Origin: Podarcis cretensis
Lineage: Eukaryota
NCBI GenBank assembly: GCA_951804945.1
Contig: OX638149.1
Span: 111,848,001 to 111,912,000, forward strand
Direction: 5' to 3'
Length of the DNA: 64,000 bases
The stretch's first letter is position 1, and every line of letters starts with the position of its first letter. The position numbers and the translations under genes were made by a program. Below the pieces are notes generated by a model that worked only from the letters and a program-made list of their open reading frames with translations, was not told the origin of the DNA and ran no database searches. Shown piece after piece: positions 1 through 13,089 of the stretch.

Positions 1-72
1 GGACTAGATGATCCACAGGGTCCCTTCCAACTCTACAATTTTATGGCTCTTGTGGATGCTGTAGTACTTGGC

Positions 73-108
<36 letters not shown>

Positions 109-867
109 TACTCCTCTCCCTTTTATCATAAGTGGTACCCATTTTTCAGGTGTGTTACGTTCTGCCATTTTCTTCACACTGGTGTTAAATTTCCCAAAAC
201 AAGATGTCACAGGGCGTTGCGTCTAGATCCTATCCTATCCTGTCCTCCCCCCACATTTTATCTTTACAAGAACCCAGTGAAATAAGTCCAGTTGAGAGAT
301 AGTGAGCAGCCAAAAGTTGCTCAATGAGTTTCATGGCTGAGTGGAGATTTGAACCCGGGTTCTCCCTAGTCTTAATCCGACACACTAACTTGCTATGCCA
401 CATTGGCATAGTGACAAGAAATCCTGGCATCTTCTCTGGATGCCTGAACCACTAACCCACATTTGCGGTGGGGGGAGGCAGTTGTGAACTGTGATCTGCA
501 AAAAAGGCACTCTGCACATGCTTAAACTCACCCCAGTGCCCTAAAGATCCAAGACTCAAATGACACCTTGCCTCTGGTTTAAAATAAGTAGGAGATTAGT
601 AACAGCAGATTCATATTTGTGGCCGTACATCATGGCTATCAAATTGACTTATATATACCTCACATTGACATGAGGCCACTTCATAAAATTGTGGTGAAAG
701 CATATCATGTTCCTTGTGGGAGGCAAATGTATGTTTTAAAAGGCATGTACCCTGGTGCCAAGAGACATGCACGTGCGATAGGGAGCCATGATTTACTGGC
801 ATTTCTCACTTAATGTACATGCCTTTAACCCCCCCACACACATTTGTCCTTAGTTTGAGCGTGTCTT

Positions 868-1269
868 TTTAAAAAATATTTTTATTGGTTTTTCCTTGTA
901 TACATCCTCTAACAATATTTCTCTAACAATTTTCCATATCCCCCCCAGACTTCCCTCATATTCCCATTTTGTTTTATTTCCATATTACTCACCCTGCATG
1001 TTGTTTCCCCAAATTTTCCCAATACATATAATCTTACTTTTTGTTATATACAATTGTGTTTGTTTATTCAAACCGTGCCAGTGAGTCCAAATATTTATGT
1101 TGTTTCTTCATATATGTTGTAAATGGTTCCCATTCTCTTTTAAAGTCTTTGTTATCCTTTTCATGTAATTTATCTGTTAATTTTGCCAGTTCTGCATATT
1201 ACATAAGTTTCCCTTGCCATTGTTCTTTCGTTGGTATTTCTTCTGTCTTCCAAGCTTGTGCTAATATAA
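868..1269 (-). mobile_element. L1 3' fragment (degenerate ORF2 C-terminus plus 3' UTR)
   Basis: Minus strand reads ILAQAWKTEEIPTKEQWQGKLM*YAELA, similar to the C-terminus of the larger L1s; 16-bp TSD agtttgagc(g/a)tgtctt at 852-867 and 1270-1285. Confidence 0.75.
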
Positions 1270-1581
1270 AGTTTGAGCATGTCTTGAGACGGCTACATGG
1301 GTTGGTTCTCCAAAGTGTCAGAGGCCCTCCTGGCAAGGGCTGAAATCAGCTGTGATTGTTGTGTCCATTCGGATGGGCAAAACGGGAAGGCAGGGAATCT
1401 AAGTCGATGGTGCCAGAGTGGGTGACAGGTGGAGCCAAAGCCAATGGCAAGCAGAGCCAGCTAATTCTAGTTTTGTTCCCATCTTCCTCCCTGGTGAGTT
1501 CTCCAAAGGCAACATGGTGGTTAAGGAGGAGAGAGCTGACAGGTAGTACTACCCTGCTGACTAGTTGTAAGTCAGAAGGCA

Positions 1582-1730
1582 TGCTGGACAGCTCAGTTGG
1601 TTAGAGCATGGTGTTGATAATGCCAAGGTTGCAGGTTCGATCCCCGTATGGGACAACTGCATATTCCTGCGTTGCAGGAGGTTGGTCTAGATGATCCACA
1701 GGATCCCTTCCAACTCTACGATGCTGTGAA
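1582..1730 (+). mobile_element. SINE with tRNA-Ile-like head and CR1-like 3' tail
   Basis: A box AGCTCAGTTGGTTAGAGC and B box GGTTCGATCCC, followed by ctagatgatc...cccttccaactctac (also seen at 1-45). Confidence 0.75.
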
Positions 1731-1889
1731 TAGTCTATGAATAAGGCAGGAAGGTAGGGGTGGCTGAGGGCAGGCTGAAGTTGATGGGCCAGTGCCCCAT
1801 GTACCCTAATAGATTTGCCCTCTGCTGGCTGAAATTCAGATCCAGTCTTGCTAGAAACTGGGCCAGTTCCTCTGAAAGGGTATGGATTT

Positions 1890-2138
1890 TACATGGGTAG
1901 GCAAACTAAGGCTCTGGCCCAATCGCCTTCTCGATCGGGCCCGCGGACAGTCTGGGAATCACCATGTTTTTACATGAGTAGAATGTGTCCTTTTATTTAA
2001 AATGCATCTCTGGGTTATTTGTGGGGCACAGGAATTTGTTCATTCCCCCCCCCCCAAAAAAAAATATAGTCCAACCCCCCCACAAGGTCTGAGGGACAGT
2101 GGACCGGCCCACTGCTGAAAACGTTTGCTGACCCCTGG
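1890..2138. mobile_element. hAT-type non-autonomous DNA element
   Basis: Ends catgggtaggcaaact...gtttgctgacccctg form an imperfect terminal inverted repeat. Confidence 0.55.
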
Positions 2139-2949
2139 ATTAGAACTTCCACTTTAAATCTAAGGGCCAAGCCTGAGGCGATGGAAGCAGGCCTGTTTAC
2201 CTGAGCTGACATAAGCAGAGGGTGGAAGGGGAAACTGGCAAAACAAGGTGCTTCTTCATACATAATTTGATATGGCTATCATAGCTAATAATCACAATCC
2301 ATTTACCATCCGATGTAGCGATGGCCCAAAGCTTAGATTGCTTTTGTACAGGGGCAGGAGGAAGATTAGACATGTTCAGGGAGCCCAGGTCTAGGGACAT
2401 GGGCTGAAGGCACCTTGCAGATCTGGGTCAGGTCAGTGCTGAGATGGGTGACCAACTGGGAACCACACGTGCATCACCTTGTGTTCCATTGTAGAAGAAA
2501 GGCGGGATATCTGTGCAGGAAAGAGGGAAGGTTTTTGTTTTAAGTTGTCAGCCGCAAGAACCAAATCCACCTCCAGCGGCAGCCCCAGACGAAGGCTCTT
2601 GCCATCAGGTCATAAGAAGTGTCAGTTGGAACAATTGTTCCATCTAGATTGGTATTATCTATGCACCAACTGGCAGCAGCTCTCTGAGTCTCAGCCAAGG
2701 AACTTCCTGCTCTATTAGGAGGTGGCAGGTTTTGGGAACATAGGAACTGGCCTTGTACTGAATCAGATGACTGATTCATCTAGCTCTCCAGAGTTTCAGA
2801 CGGGGGACATTCCCAGTCCAACCTGCAGACGAACAGAGCTGGGGACTTTCTGCCTGAGCCACACCTGTTTTGCCTTGCCTTGTTTTGTTTTTTGGCATGG
2901 TAGTGCCTGAACATCCCAAGCTATGACCAGGATTCAGCGATGGCTGATT

Positions 2950-3051
2950 CAGAGTAGGCTCACAGGAAGAGAAGGAATAATCTCCCTGTAGAATATCTTT
3001 CAGAGTAGGCTCACAGGAAGAGAAGGAACAATCTCCCTGTAGAATATCTTT
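2950..3051. repeat. Tandem duplication, 51 bp x 2
   Basis: cagagtaggctcacaggaagagaaggaa(t/c)aatctccctgtagaatatcttt twice, one mismatch. Confidence 0.9.
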
Positions 3052-4754
3052 TGTACGTTAAACACAGAGGGAAAGTGAGGAAGCAGTGCCCATACTCCCC
3101 CTCTCCAGTTCTCTGTTGACACCTAAACTGGAATTCCGACACCATCCATTCTCTGCATTTGTTCATCAACATTTTTAGCAGTTCAGGATGACTAATCCCA
3201 TCTGTAGCTGTGGCTTAGCATTCTCAGGTGACACAGCAAAAGGACCACCGGATAGGATTCAGCAAATGCCTCTCCTTAAGCAGGAGCTCTTAAATGAAAT
3301 GCCTGCCGGCCAGTCCAGGAAAGGCAGGGAAGGCTTTGTTCCTGTTTGCAAACTTTTAACGTCTCTCTCATGCAGCTTGCTACACACACTTGACCCATCC
3401 CCCAACTGCAATATCAAAGTGGACTCTTTAATCCATTCTGCACAGGGCTGGTTTTCTCGTTTGCACATCAAAGGTATATTTGTTGTGCGGCCTGCACATT
3501 TTCTTCACAAGAGCAAAGTACTATATTATGTGTCTTTTTAAAAAATGGCAGTGCTTCCCCTTCCCCCAGCATTCTTTGCAATTGCGCTTGCAATATACAC
3601 CTACAGTTTTGTGGTATCATTAGTTACTTAGCAGCAGTCCATAGTTTCTTCTTCAAATCACTTTCGTGTCATGCTATTTTTTTAGTATTCTTTTAAGGTG
3701 GGTGTTTTTTTCCTTAGGTAGTTTTTAGTTGTTTGGGATAGGGATGCACACTTTGCAGTATTGTGATTTGTGGCAGGCTGTTTGTTTGCTTTTTTGCATT
3801 TTTCAGTGGAAAACAGCACAACTATCTTATTGTCACTGAAAGGTCTCTTATAGGAGTTGCTCATCTCCAAGACTAAAATGCAGTCAGTGCATGCTTTTGA
3901 ATGGTCCTGTGGAAACACCCCTGGCTGCCCCCCCCCCCAGCAACTGGAGTCCAGCACCTTCAACAAAGGCCCAGCAGGCAGAAACCTAGCAAGTGCGACT
4001 TTTATCTAGCATGAGTTATTCGAGGGTGTGAAAAGTGTGCAGTTCCTGAATTTCCACATCATTGAAATCACCTTGTTGGAAACAGAGTCACACCAGCTGA
4101 ATTCCTGCCTGCAACACGTCAGACAAATAAAACGGGCAGCCAACTAACCACTCCCTGAAATTTAAAAGGTCACACTGTGTGTCGAAATGGGGTGTGGGTG
4201 GGGAGAATAGCCAGGGCCAGAGTTGACCCCTATATGTGAGAGGAACACGGCAAGTATGTGGTAAAATCCTGTTTTTTAAAAAATATCAAAAAAAAACAAA
4301 ACAGAAAAACACCCCAACACCCAGCAGATATGGGAGGCTGCACAGTTAGGCAATTTCAAACCCTTAATGGTTTTATGGGAAGCAGGGCTCTTTAGACACT
4401 AAGTTACTTACCTACTACATTTGGAAGTACTCCTGCTTCTTCTGCAGAGTGGCACCCTTGATATCTGCTCCAGGGTCCTGCCTGGACATTGAGACTGCAG
4501 ATGTGCTGCTCTCACAGGCAACATCTCTTCATCCTGTGGCTGCAAAGGGGGAAATAAGAATCTGATGCACACCATACAAAGTGTACATTCTCTAAGCCCC
4601 ATTCCACTGTTCCCCAAAAGAACTTTTAAGCTACCAAAGGGATTGCATCTTCATCATTTAACAATTCGCGGTGAGGAATAAATTGCCCCTCTCAATTCAA
4701 GGGATTTTGGGTGAAGGGTACAGAACTAAGCTTGGTTCACCCACACTCCTCCTC

Positions 4755-4893
4755 CAGAGTATTTCTCAAATGTGGGTCTCCAGCTGTTGTTGGACTGCAG
4801 TTCCCATCATCCCTGGACCCCTGGTCCTGCTAGCTAGGGATGATGGGAGTTGTAGTCCAACAACAGTTGGAGACTCAAGTTTGAGAAACACTG
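4755..4893. mobile_element. ~140-bp palindromic hAT MITE
   Basis: Same internal core as the copies at 12708, 20519, 35351 and 37330; ends in ...gagaaacactg. Confidence 0.7.
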
Positions 4894-5630
4894 TAAATGT
4901 GAAGAAGAATGTGGTTTCATAGGTTTAAGGACCATGGGGGTAAATGGATATGTGTATATCTGAGTGCAAATGCTGATCTACCTGTTCTGTATGGTTTTCA
5001 ACTGAATGCACAAGTTACCATCTACATCAAGATCGACATTTGAATCTATATCCAAGTGCATGCATTGTGGATAGGCAGCATCCCTACTGAAGCACACACC
5101 TGATTTAGGCCTGCTGCCCTTAATCCAGCAAATGGTACCCAAATGGCTGCTTACCTGCATGGCGATCAGGCAAGGAGGATCTTCTCATGGTCCCGTCAAC
5201 AAGTGTAGCCTGTTGTATGGTAAATTGTCTTAGGGTCTTCTCTGCGGTGCCCCCCACCCCCGGTGATTTTTCAACATCAGCTGAAAACATATTTTCACAT
5301 AGGCATTTGGTGCGAGCCTAGATGGATATATTTTTATGCATGCCGCTGAACTGCTTCAATGGTTGGGTGCTGTCTTTTTTTAATCTTGTTTGAAGTCATG
5401 CTTCATATTGTTTTGGAGTCTTTGTTGAATCCAAGGAGATGGAGACCAGTAGCCTTCCATGTATGGCTGCATGCAAGAGCCACCTAAACAGAATGACTAT
5501 TTATCATGTTTGAAAATGACAAGTCTGAATCCTGCCAAGTGCCCCAATTTTAAAAAGGGGGGTCTGTTTACTGCAATACAGGGAAGGGAAGGATGACTTG
5601 CATATTCAGCTGCTGCTATTGCATTTGTTT

Positions 5631-5971
5631 GCTGTGGGTAAAACCTCAGCGCCTAGGACTTGCCGATCGCGTGGTCGGTGGTTCGAATCCCCGCGGCGGG
5701 GTGCGCTCCCGTTGTTCAGTCCCAGCGCCTGCCAACCTAGCAGTTCGAAAGCACCCTTAAGTGCAAGCAGATAAATAGGGACCGCTTACCAGCGGGAAGG
5801 TAAATGGCGTTCCGTGTGCTGCGCTGGCTTGCCAGCTTGTCACGCTGGCCACGTGACCCGGAAGTGTCTGCGGACAGCGCTGGCTCCCGGCCTATAGAAT
5901 GAGATGAGCGCACAACCCTAGAGTCTGGCAAGACTGGCCCGTATGGGCTGGGGTACCTTTACCTTTACCTT
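5631..5971 (+). mobile_element. Sauria SINE (5'-truncated)
   Basis: B box GGTTCGAATCC, (ACCTTT)n tail, 14-bp TSD tattgcatttgttt. Confidence 0.9.
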
Positions 5972-7127
5972 TATTGCATTTGTTTAAGCCTTCCTGGTTA
6001 GCTTGTTGTGCCAAATAAATGTTAGAATCACCAATAATGAATAATAAGAGGCAATTGCCTAACCCAGTAACATTGAGACCGTATGTGCAGCTGTCGTTTT
6101 CTACCTCTTTTAGCTTTCCTCTAGAGCTCTGAGGGAAGCTGATGTTAGCATTATCAGCAGCGGAGGTCAACTCTAATGACTTTCCCCCTTTTCTTATCCA
6201 TTTTTAGGTTCATTTGCTTGAGCCATTTAGGTTTGCTGCGCTAAACCATAGCAATCTTGCCTAAGCTGCCCCTTACGCATTTCTGCCATCAGTGCAGGGT
6301 TAGAATAAAAGAATTGTAGAACTGGAAGGGATCCCAAGGATCATCTAGTCCTGCAATGCAGGAATATCAGCTAAAGCATTCGTGGCAGATGACCATCCAA
6401 CCTCTGCTTAAAAACCTCCAAGGAAGGAGAGTCCACCACCTCCCGAGAGAGTCGCTCCCACTGTCTAACAATTCTTACTGTGTTAAACCCAGGGAGGTGG
6501 GCTGGAAAATTTCCCTTGACTCCATTTTTCTGCAGAAAATGTCCTAGTTTTAGAAAGTCATTGGCCTCATTTGCACATCACTTTAAACCACAATGAAAAC
6601 TGAACTAAAGTTTAAATATGTACATGCAGTGTGCGAGTACAAGTACACACTGGTGAAATCATGGAGACTTTGCTCCTCCTAGGAGTGGAGCATGCTTTAG
6701 CTTAGCATTCCTTCTGAACCCCGGGCTTGTGGTTTGTTTCCCACAAATAAACCATGAGTGGTAAACAAGAAGAAATCTTGTGGCTAGTCTGAAGAGACGC
6801 AAACACCAAGCGCAGGTTTACTCGTAACACTAAGCTAGACCATGACTTACTCCTAGGCGAAGAACAGCAGAAGAAGGGGAGCAAAGCATGTACAATTTCC
6901 ACAGTCTGCATCAGCCATGCTGCCTGTTCACATTTAAACCATAATTTTGTGCAACTACAGATGAAGGTGATGTGGAAATGAGGTCAATTTTTCATAAAAT
7001 TAACTAGCAGCGCAACAAACGAGCAAAACAGAATGTCAGGTTGGGCAACCAGGATAGATATAATACCAATAAAATCTAAAATAAAAGTTGCAATTAACTT
7101 TTTCAAGGTTGCTATACCTAGGAAGCA

Positions 7128-7490
7128 GGACGTGGGTGGCGCTGTGGTCTAAACCACAGAGCCTCTTGGGCTTGCCGATCAGAAGGTTGGCGGTTCAAAT
7201 CCACACAATGGGGTGGGATCTCGTTGCTCGGTCCCAGCTCCTGCCAACCTAGCAGTTAGAAAGCATGTCAAAGTGCAAGGAGATAAATAGGTACCACTCC
7301 GTCGGGAAGGTAAACGGCGTTTCTGTGCACTGCTCTGGTTTCGCCAGAAGCGGCTTAGTCAGGCTAGCCACATGACCCAGAAAGCTGTCTGTGGACAAAC
7401 GCCAGCTCCCATGGCCAGTAAAGTGAGATGAGCGCCGCAACCCCAGAGTCGTTCGCAACTGGACTTAACTGTCAGGGGTCCCTTTACCTT
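7128..7490 (+). mobile_element. Sauria SINE
   Basis: tRNA-like head, ACCTTT tail, 13-bp TSD tacctaggaagca. Confidence 0.9.
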
Positions 7491-9118
7491 TACCTAGGAA
7501 GCACATCTATTTATGCATGCGGCTCTTCATAGTCATGTTACAATTAATATGATGACTATTTCCAGTGCCTTCATTTGGGTGTAAAGGTGGCATGCAACGC
7601 TGTTGTTCTGCCCGTGCTGCAGACTTCTGCTCATGCCCTGTAACCTTCCCTTTCTATTCTCTGTGCATCCTCAAAATCTGCTAGAGTGTTGGTGTACAGT
7701 GCTGGATACAACCCTAAAAATCTAATGTGAAGGAAATGCATGCTACGGAGTTGTCGTATTTTTAAAATATTTACAAGCATACCAATAAATAAATAAGTTC
7801 CCAAGGCAAAGTTTGGATTCCTTTGGCCATAATGCTTCAACCACAATGTGGTTCAAATCCTATGCATGTTTACTCTCACTGTGCTCAAGAAGGTATGTTT
7901 AGGATTGTAGCCTGTGCATTTTATGGGTTCCACCCCTGCCCCATATAGTTCAGTTCAACAACTTTTGACGGTTGGGGCAGGGGGACTTTTCCACATGTCT
8001 CACTATACTACAGCTTGTAAAATTTGCATCTTTTTAAAGTTTTGCTTTCTAAATGCAAGTACAATTAAAAATGCAAAATCAGTAACTCATCAGGTGAGAT
8101 GGTGGAGAGGATCACAAAATCCAAACCAATACTTATACCAGGTCAGACTAGTTCATATTCCACAAGTGTCTTGGAAAGAAAACAGAAGACACCCCGTTTT
8201 GGCCCACGAGAGCACAGCGGTGAGAGCACCGTGATCTTGCGCAATTCCATACTGAGATCTTCCCTCAAATAAAGCACTTTTCCAGGCTGCAATCTTGCAC
8301 GGTGCCCCAAAACATACATTTTTTTGGTGCCGTACTCTCATGCAAGAGCATTGACCCTTCCAAAAAAGTGTGTCTTTTGGGTTCTGTGATCTCCTGCACA
8401 TCACATGACTCCTGCAGGAACACTGCTGGGAAGGCATGCATCCCAGTTTTGGGACTCAACATATTGAAGCATATGCTATTTGCTTGTTTAGCCTAGCAAG
8501 ACCTACTCTGTCAGTATCTCTCTAAGGTCTTTAAAACTGGGGATGCTCAACATTGAACCTGGAACCTTCTACGTGTACAACGCGTGGTTTGTTCCTGTGT
8601 AGATTATGAGTAAGGAACCTGTGGCCCTCCATGTGTTGTTGGGACCACAACTCCCATCATCCTTGAACATAGGCTAGGCCAGCTGGGGCTGATGGCAGTT
8701 GGAACCCAACAACGTCTGAAGAGGCACAAGTTCTTCATCCCTGCTGCAGATGGCTGGTGTATATGCCTCAGCTGGTAGCTATTCTCAAGGAACAGAAAAG
8801 CCATGAGATACACAACACAAACCTTCCAACAAGTCCCTGAGCAGAGCACAACTTGCATCCCACTTAAAGCATTTGCAGCGGCTCCACATTGCCATTTCTC
8901 CCAGTGAGTGCATAATAGACGCTATTTTATATATCTGTGCTCATGATGCAGGTATGAAGATTTATCAGCCACCCATTTGTTTGCTTGTACCCACAGCATT
9001 GTACAGCACAGGGCAAGTATTCATGTTCATTCCATAAAGCCATCCTAACTTCCATCCTGAACACACAGGGGCAATGAACATGAAAGTTACATTTTAAAGA
9101 CCTTTTGTAAAAGAAAAA

Positions 9119-9158
9119 GAAGGAAGGAAGGAAGGAAGGAAGGAAGGAAGGAAGGAAG
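9119..9158. repeat. (GGAA)n microsatellite
   Basis: Direct reading. Confidence 0.95.
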
Positions 9159-10939
9159 AGACATTGATAGCAGCATGTGGCCCAAATTAGGAATGGATCT
9201 CTAGAGTGTTTCTCTGGGCTGATTTCTGAGATACACAATCACACTAGCTCCTTGATAAATGTCAGTTGTTTGCATGATTGGCTTTAGGCTCCTGCTCTGT
9301 ACTTGTTAGTGATGTATTCTGGAACAGATGAAATAAAAGGGGTCCCCTCCCATTGATGTGAATGCCCATTCTGATAACAAGCAGGTGTAATATTATCCGC
9401 TAGCACACATGTGGCTGTAGATATTTTTGAACAATTTCCGCATTCACATTGCAAATTGTGGGTACTCTTAAATATATCATAGGTCTGCAGTTTTGTTCCA
9501 GCCCTAGCTAATATTGATTGCTATGGCCTAAAAAAAAAAAAGCTACTGTGAAATGGCTTTTACCATCTTCAGATTTCTGAAGAATCTGCTCACTCTTTCC
9601 ATACACAAGCTGCTACCCTCACCAACTGCTTGCTACAGAATACAAAGTTCTGTTTTTCTGCTCAGACAAAGTGAAAGGCCTCTGCGCTCACAGATGTTTG
9701 GATGTTGCAACCCAGGAGTGTGCATGGATTGTGGATGATATACAGAAGAAGCAGGCTGAAAATCCAGATAATCTTTAGACAGCAACATTTCCTTCACTGT
9801 AGGCTGCTGGATTGTTTTAAAATGGATTTTAAAACATATTGCAGGACTTGCCCACCCAAACGGTATAATTGCCACATTCTACCTAAGCAATGCAAATTTT
9901 TCGATTCTTGTATTCTATATCCACTGTTCTCTCACACTCCAGAGTGCACTTCCTGCCATTTGAGTTTAAATTGCCACCATCTGTCTTATTTATTTTGCTC
10001 AAAAATTAAGACCAGACTTTACTCTCAGAAGGGTCATGTGGCTTTCCCCATTTGGGGGGTGGGGGGTGGTGGGAGAAAAAAAAGCACGGTTGTTAAGACT
10101 CTTAAGATTATCCATGCAGAAAATAACACACACGAAGAGATTCGGTTTTAACTCCCACAGAAATGCAGGTCCATACATTAATAATCACTCAGCTTTCCTT
10201 ACGTAACTCTTGAAAATTAACTACCTCGGGGATAAGCAGTTCTGTATTTCATCATGCCTATTGGACAGCCCCAAAAGTGCTTTCTGCAGAGAGACAGTGG
10301 TTTCTGCAATAAGACTATCCTCTTTTCCCCCTATTTAAAAACGTGATCCTGGTTTAGTTCCTGTTCTTTTTTCTCTTAGCTGCCCACCAGTCCTCTTCCC
10401 ACTACTCTCTATCCATCTTGCTTTGTTGTCAAAGCAACAGGACATAGAGCTATGGAGACAGACAAAATTGCTAGTTTAAGTCCCTTAACCAACCAGAAGC
10501 TGAAGTGAAGGCAGGCAAAAATCAATAAGAAAACCTGCCTTGTCATTGGCATACCCAAAAAGCATATAATAGCTCTCCTGTCTACTTCTTGCCTTTAACT
10601 GTGAAGTGCAATTAAGACTGAACTTTAAACAAGTTTGATTTTATTCTTCTAACCTGACTAACCAAGTCTCAGTGACATATCAGGAGATAACATCTAAAGA
10701 GCACCCACATACTGATGGATTTCTTATTTTGTATGAAGGAACAGGCAGGTAGGCTCCTTCAGGAGAGAGGGCTCCATTCATTCTTATGCACTTCTCTCAG
10801 TGTATATCCCACCATATCCTGAAGATCTGGGACAGCCAGTATACTAGAAAGAGAAATGTACAAATACCCTTTTGTATTCTGTTATTGTTGTTGTTGTTAG
10901 TAATATTCTGTTATTGTTGTTGTTGTTAGTAATACTGTA

Positions 10940-11195
10940 AAGATAAAACCTGTATACAGCCCTTCATCCAAAGATCACAGGGTGGTTCGCAACATAAAAA
11001 TAAAAAATGAGAACACAAAAAAATAACAAAAACAAAACAAAATCAATACCCCCCCAGCCACATTTAAAAGGCCATAGAATAAAAAATGAGAACACAAAAA
11101 AATAACAAAAACAAAACAAAATCAATACCCCCCCCCCAGCCACATTTAAAAGGCCTGGTTAAAGAGAAACGTTTTTGCCTGGCACCTAAAGACAT
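10940..11195 (-). mobile_element. L2-type 3' end with an internal ~79-bp tandem duplication
   Basis: Reverse complement of the L2-like tail at 17050-17230; the unit taaaaaatgagaacac...atttaaaaggcc occurs twice (11001-11155). Confidence 0.6.
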
Positions 11196-12654
11196 GTAAT
11201 GAATTAATCTGGACTGAGCTTTAGTTTGTTGGCTCTCGTCCAGTCCATTACCAGGGCACAACATTAAATAGCTAGAAATGCAAGAAGCATTTAAAACCCA
11301 CACATTTCCTCTGTATCTTTTTAAATTGATGTTTATTGCAAATTTATTAGAGAAGAAAGAAAACCACAAAACTAGAACAAAAATACAATACAATAAGCAT
11401 CTACATATCTTATAACCATAGTTCCCAAAGCCAGCCCAGAAAGAACCACAAGACATTGCTTGTAAACACTCCTTGGGGACACACACAGGTTGTTGGAGCT
11501 CCCTGGAGAGGAAATTCCATAGTTTTATACATTTCCTTGATGTCAAGAGACAGAGAGAGGGGGGGGGCAGAACATTGTGCATGGGAGATATTGTTAAGAA
11601 GTCTCTCATGATCTCTGATTTCTGCCAGACATGGATGCCTGCCCCATGCCATTTAAAGCTGTTGCATACACTGACTGGAGCAGTTGTTCCATCAAAAAGT
11701 GGACTATCACAATCGGCAGCTGATGAAACTTCTAGGCCAGCGGTGGGGAACTTGTGGCTTTGCAGATGTCACTGGACATTTAACCTGCATCAGCTTCCAG
11801 CCAGCAGAGCCAATGATCAATATCTGGACATCTGCGAGTTTTCCACTGTGTTAATCAAGGGCTCCGCTATGTAAAGTGTATCGCGGTGGCACCTGTACAC
11901 AACCCTCTCCAACATCGCCACTATCTCCAGACAAATAAAAAAGGCTATGTAGTGCCATATCGAGCATCACCAAATGTCACCACTCAGCATGAATTGGAAG
12001 GAACAGCCAATAGGTCGGCAAGCCTGGCTTCTCTCGCCAGAGTGCAGCAACAGTCCAGGCACCCACACCCTCCACCACCTATTGTGATGTGGAGCACACA
12101 ACAGCACAAAGATCCAGCTGCACTGTACTATTATTCCTGGTCTCTGGAGCCTGATGATGAGTACGCAGTGCAGTCAGACGGGCTCTAGAAAGTCACTACT
12201 CCATCATTTATGGCAAGGGATGCTTTTTAGATTCCCTGTTAACAGGGGTTTGTTTTTCTCCTCATGCGATGAAATCCATGAGTGCACAGGAGGTTTCTGA
12301 TGGGGGAAAGCTTTCATTCATTTTTATTTTTTCCCCAAGAAAATGAAGAAGCACAACTTAAGTCTCCACAAAAATAGATGCTGCTGTGTGCAGTTGCACC
12401 TTGCAAAAGGAAGGATAGCTTACAGCGTGTATTCCAATCTATATGTAAAAGCAACGGGAGGATAAAGATTAGCATAAGTTTCAGCGCTACTACAAATTTC
12501 AGTGACTTTTCCTGCAGGCAGCAGGAGGAGAGGCCATCATCACAGCTTGTGGCAGCGAATCCCATACTTCATTATAAATAGCGTTAAAGAAGTAAAGAGT
12601 TTTTTCTCCCCTGTGTGATGTGGGTGGCAACACGTTGGAGCATCTTAATATGAA

Positions 12655-12920
12655 TCACAGAACCACAGAATTGTAGAGTTGGAAGGGAACACGAGGGTCA
12701 TCTAGTCCAGTGTTTCCCAACCTTGGGTCTCCAGCTGTTTTTGGACTACAACTCCCATCATCCCTTGCTAGCAAGACCAATGGTCAGGGATGATGGGAAT
12801 TGTAGTCCAACAGCAGCTGGAGACCCAAGGTTGGGAAACACTGATCTAGTCCACCCCCTAAAAAGCTGGAATCTTTTTTTGCCCAACGTGGGGCTCCAAC
12901 CCACGACCTTGAGATTGAGC
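12655..12920 (-). mobile_element. SINE remnant with tRNA-Lys-like head and CR1-like tail, interrupted by a MITE
   Basis: Minus strand ctcaatctcaaggtcgtgggttggagccccacgttgggc resembles the 3' half of tRNA-Lys(CTT); same CR1-like tail as the element at 1582. Confidence 0.65.
12708..12843. mobile_element. hAT MITE
   Basis: Perfect TIR cagtgtttcccaaccttgggtctccagctg and perfect 8-bp TSD atctagtc. Confidence 0.9.
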
Positions 12921-13089
12921 CTCATTTCTCTTTCTTCCCCATGCACCATTTGAACTGGAAAGCCCTCCAAACACCGTGCCATATTCCACATTAATTCCGA
13001 CTGATCCTCAGACTGCAAACTACCCGCTCCGTCCACCCTCGTCTGCTAATCAGCTTCACGTACATCTTTCTTGTTTGTTTCTGGTGAAC

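Noticed and set aside
1582-1655. tRNA-Ile gene
   Set aside because: Acceptor stem is mismatched, there is no poly-T terminator, and it is fused to a CR1-like tail, so it is a SINE head.
2950-3051. Repeat-spacer (CRISPR-like) array
   Set aside because: Eukaryotic locus; it is a simple two-copy tandem duplication with no spacers.
3200-4200. TE-poor stretch as a possible upstream non-coding exon or enhancer
   Set aside because: No sequence feature I can support without an alignment or expression data.
5737-5931. Recurrent ORFs 'DSGVVRPSHLRG...' (also at 23292, 36877, 61559)
   Set aside because: Antisense translations of Sauria SINE copies, not a gene family.
11310-11650. 181-aa and overlapping ORFs; possible L1/Tx1 remnant on the minus strand
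   Set aside because: Low-complexity composition and no clear motifs.
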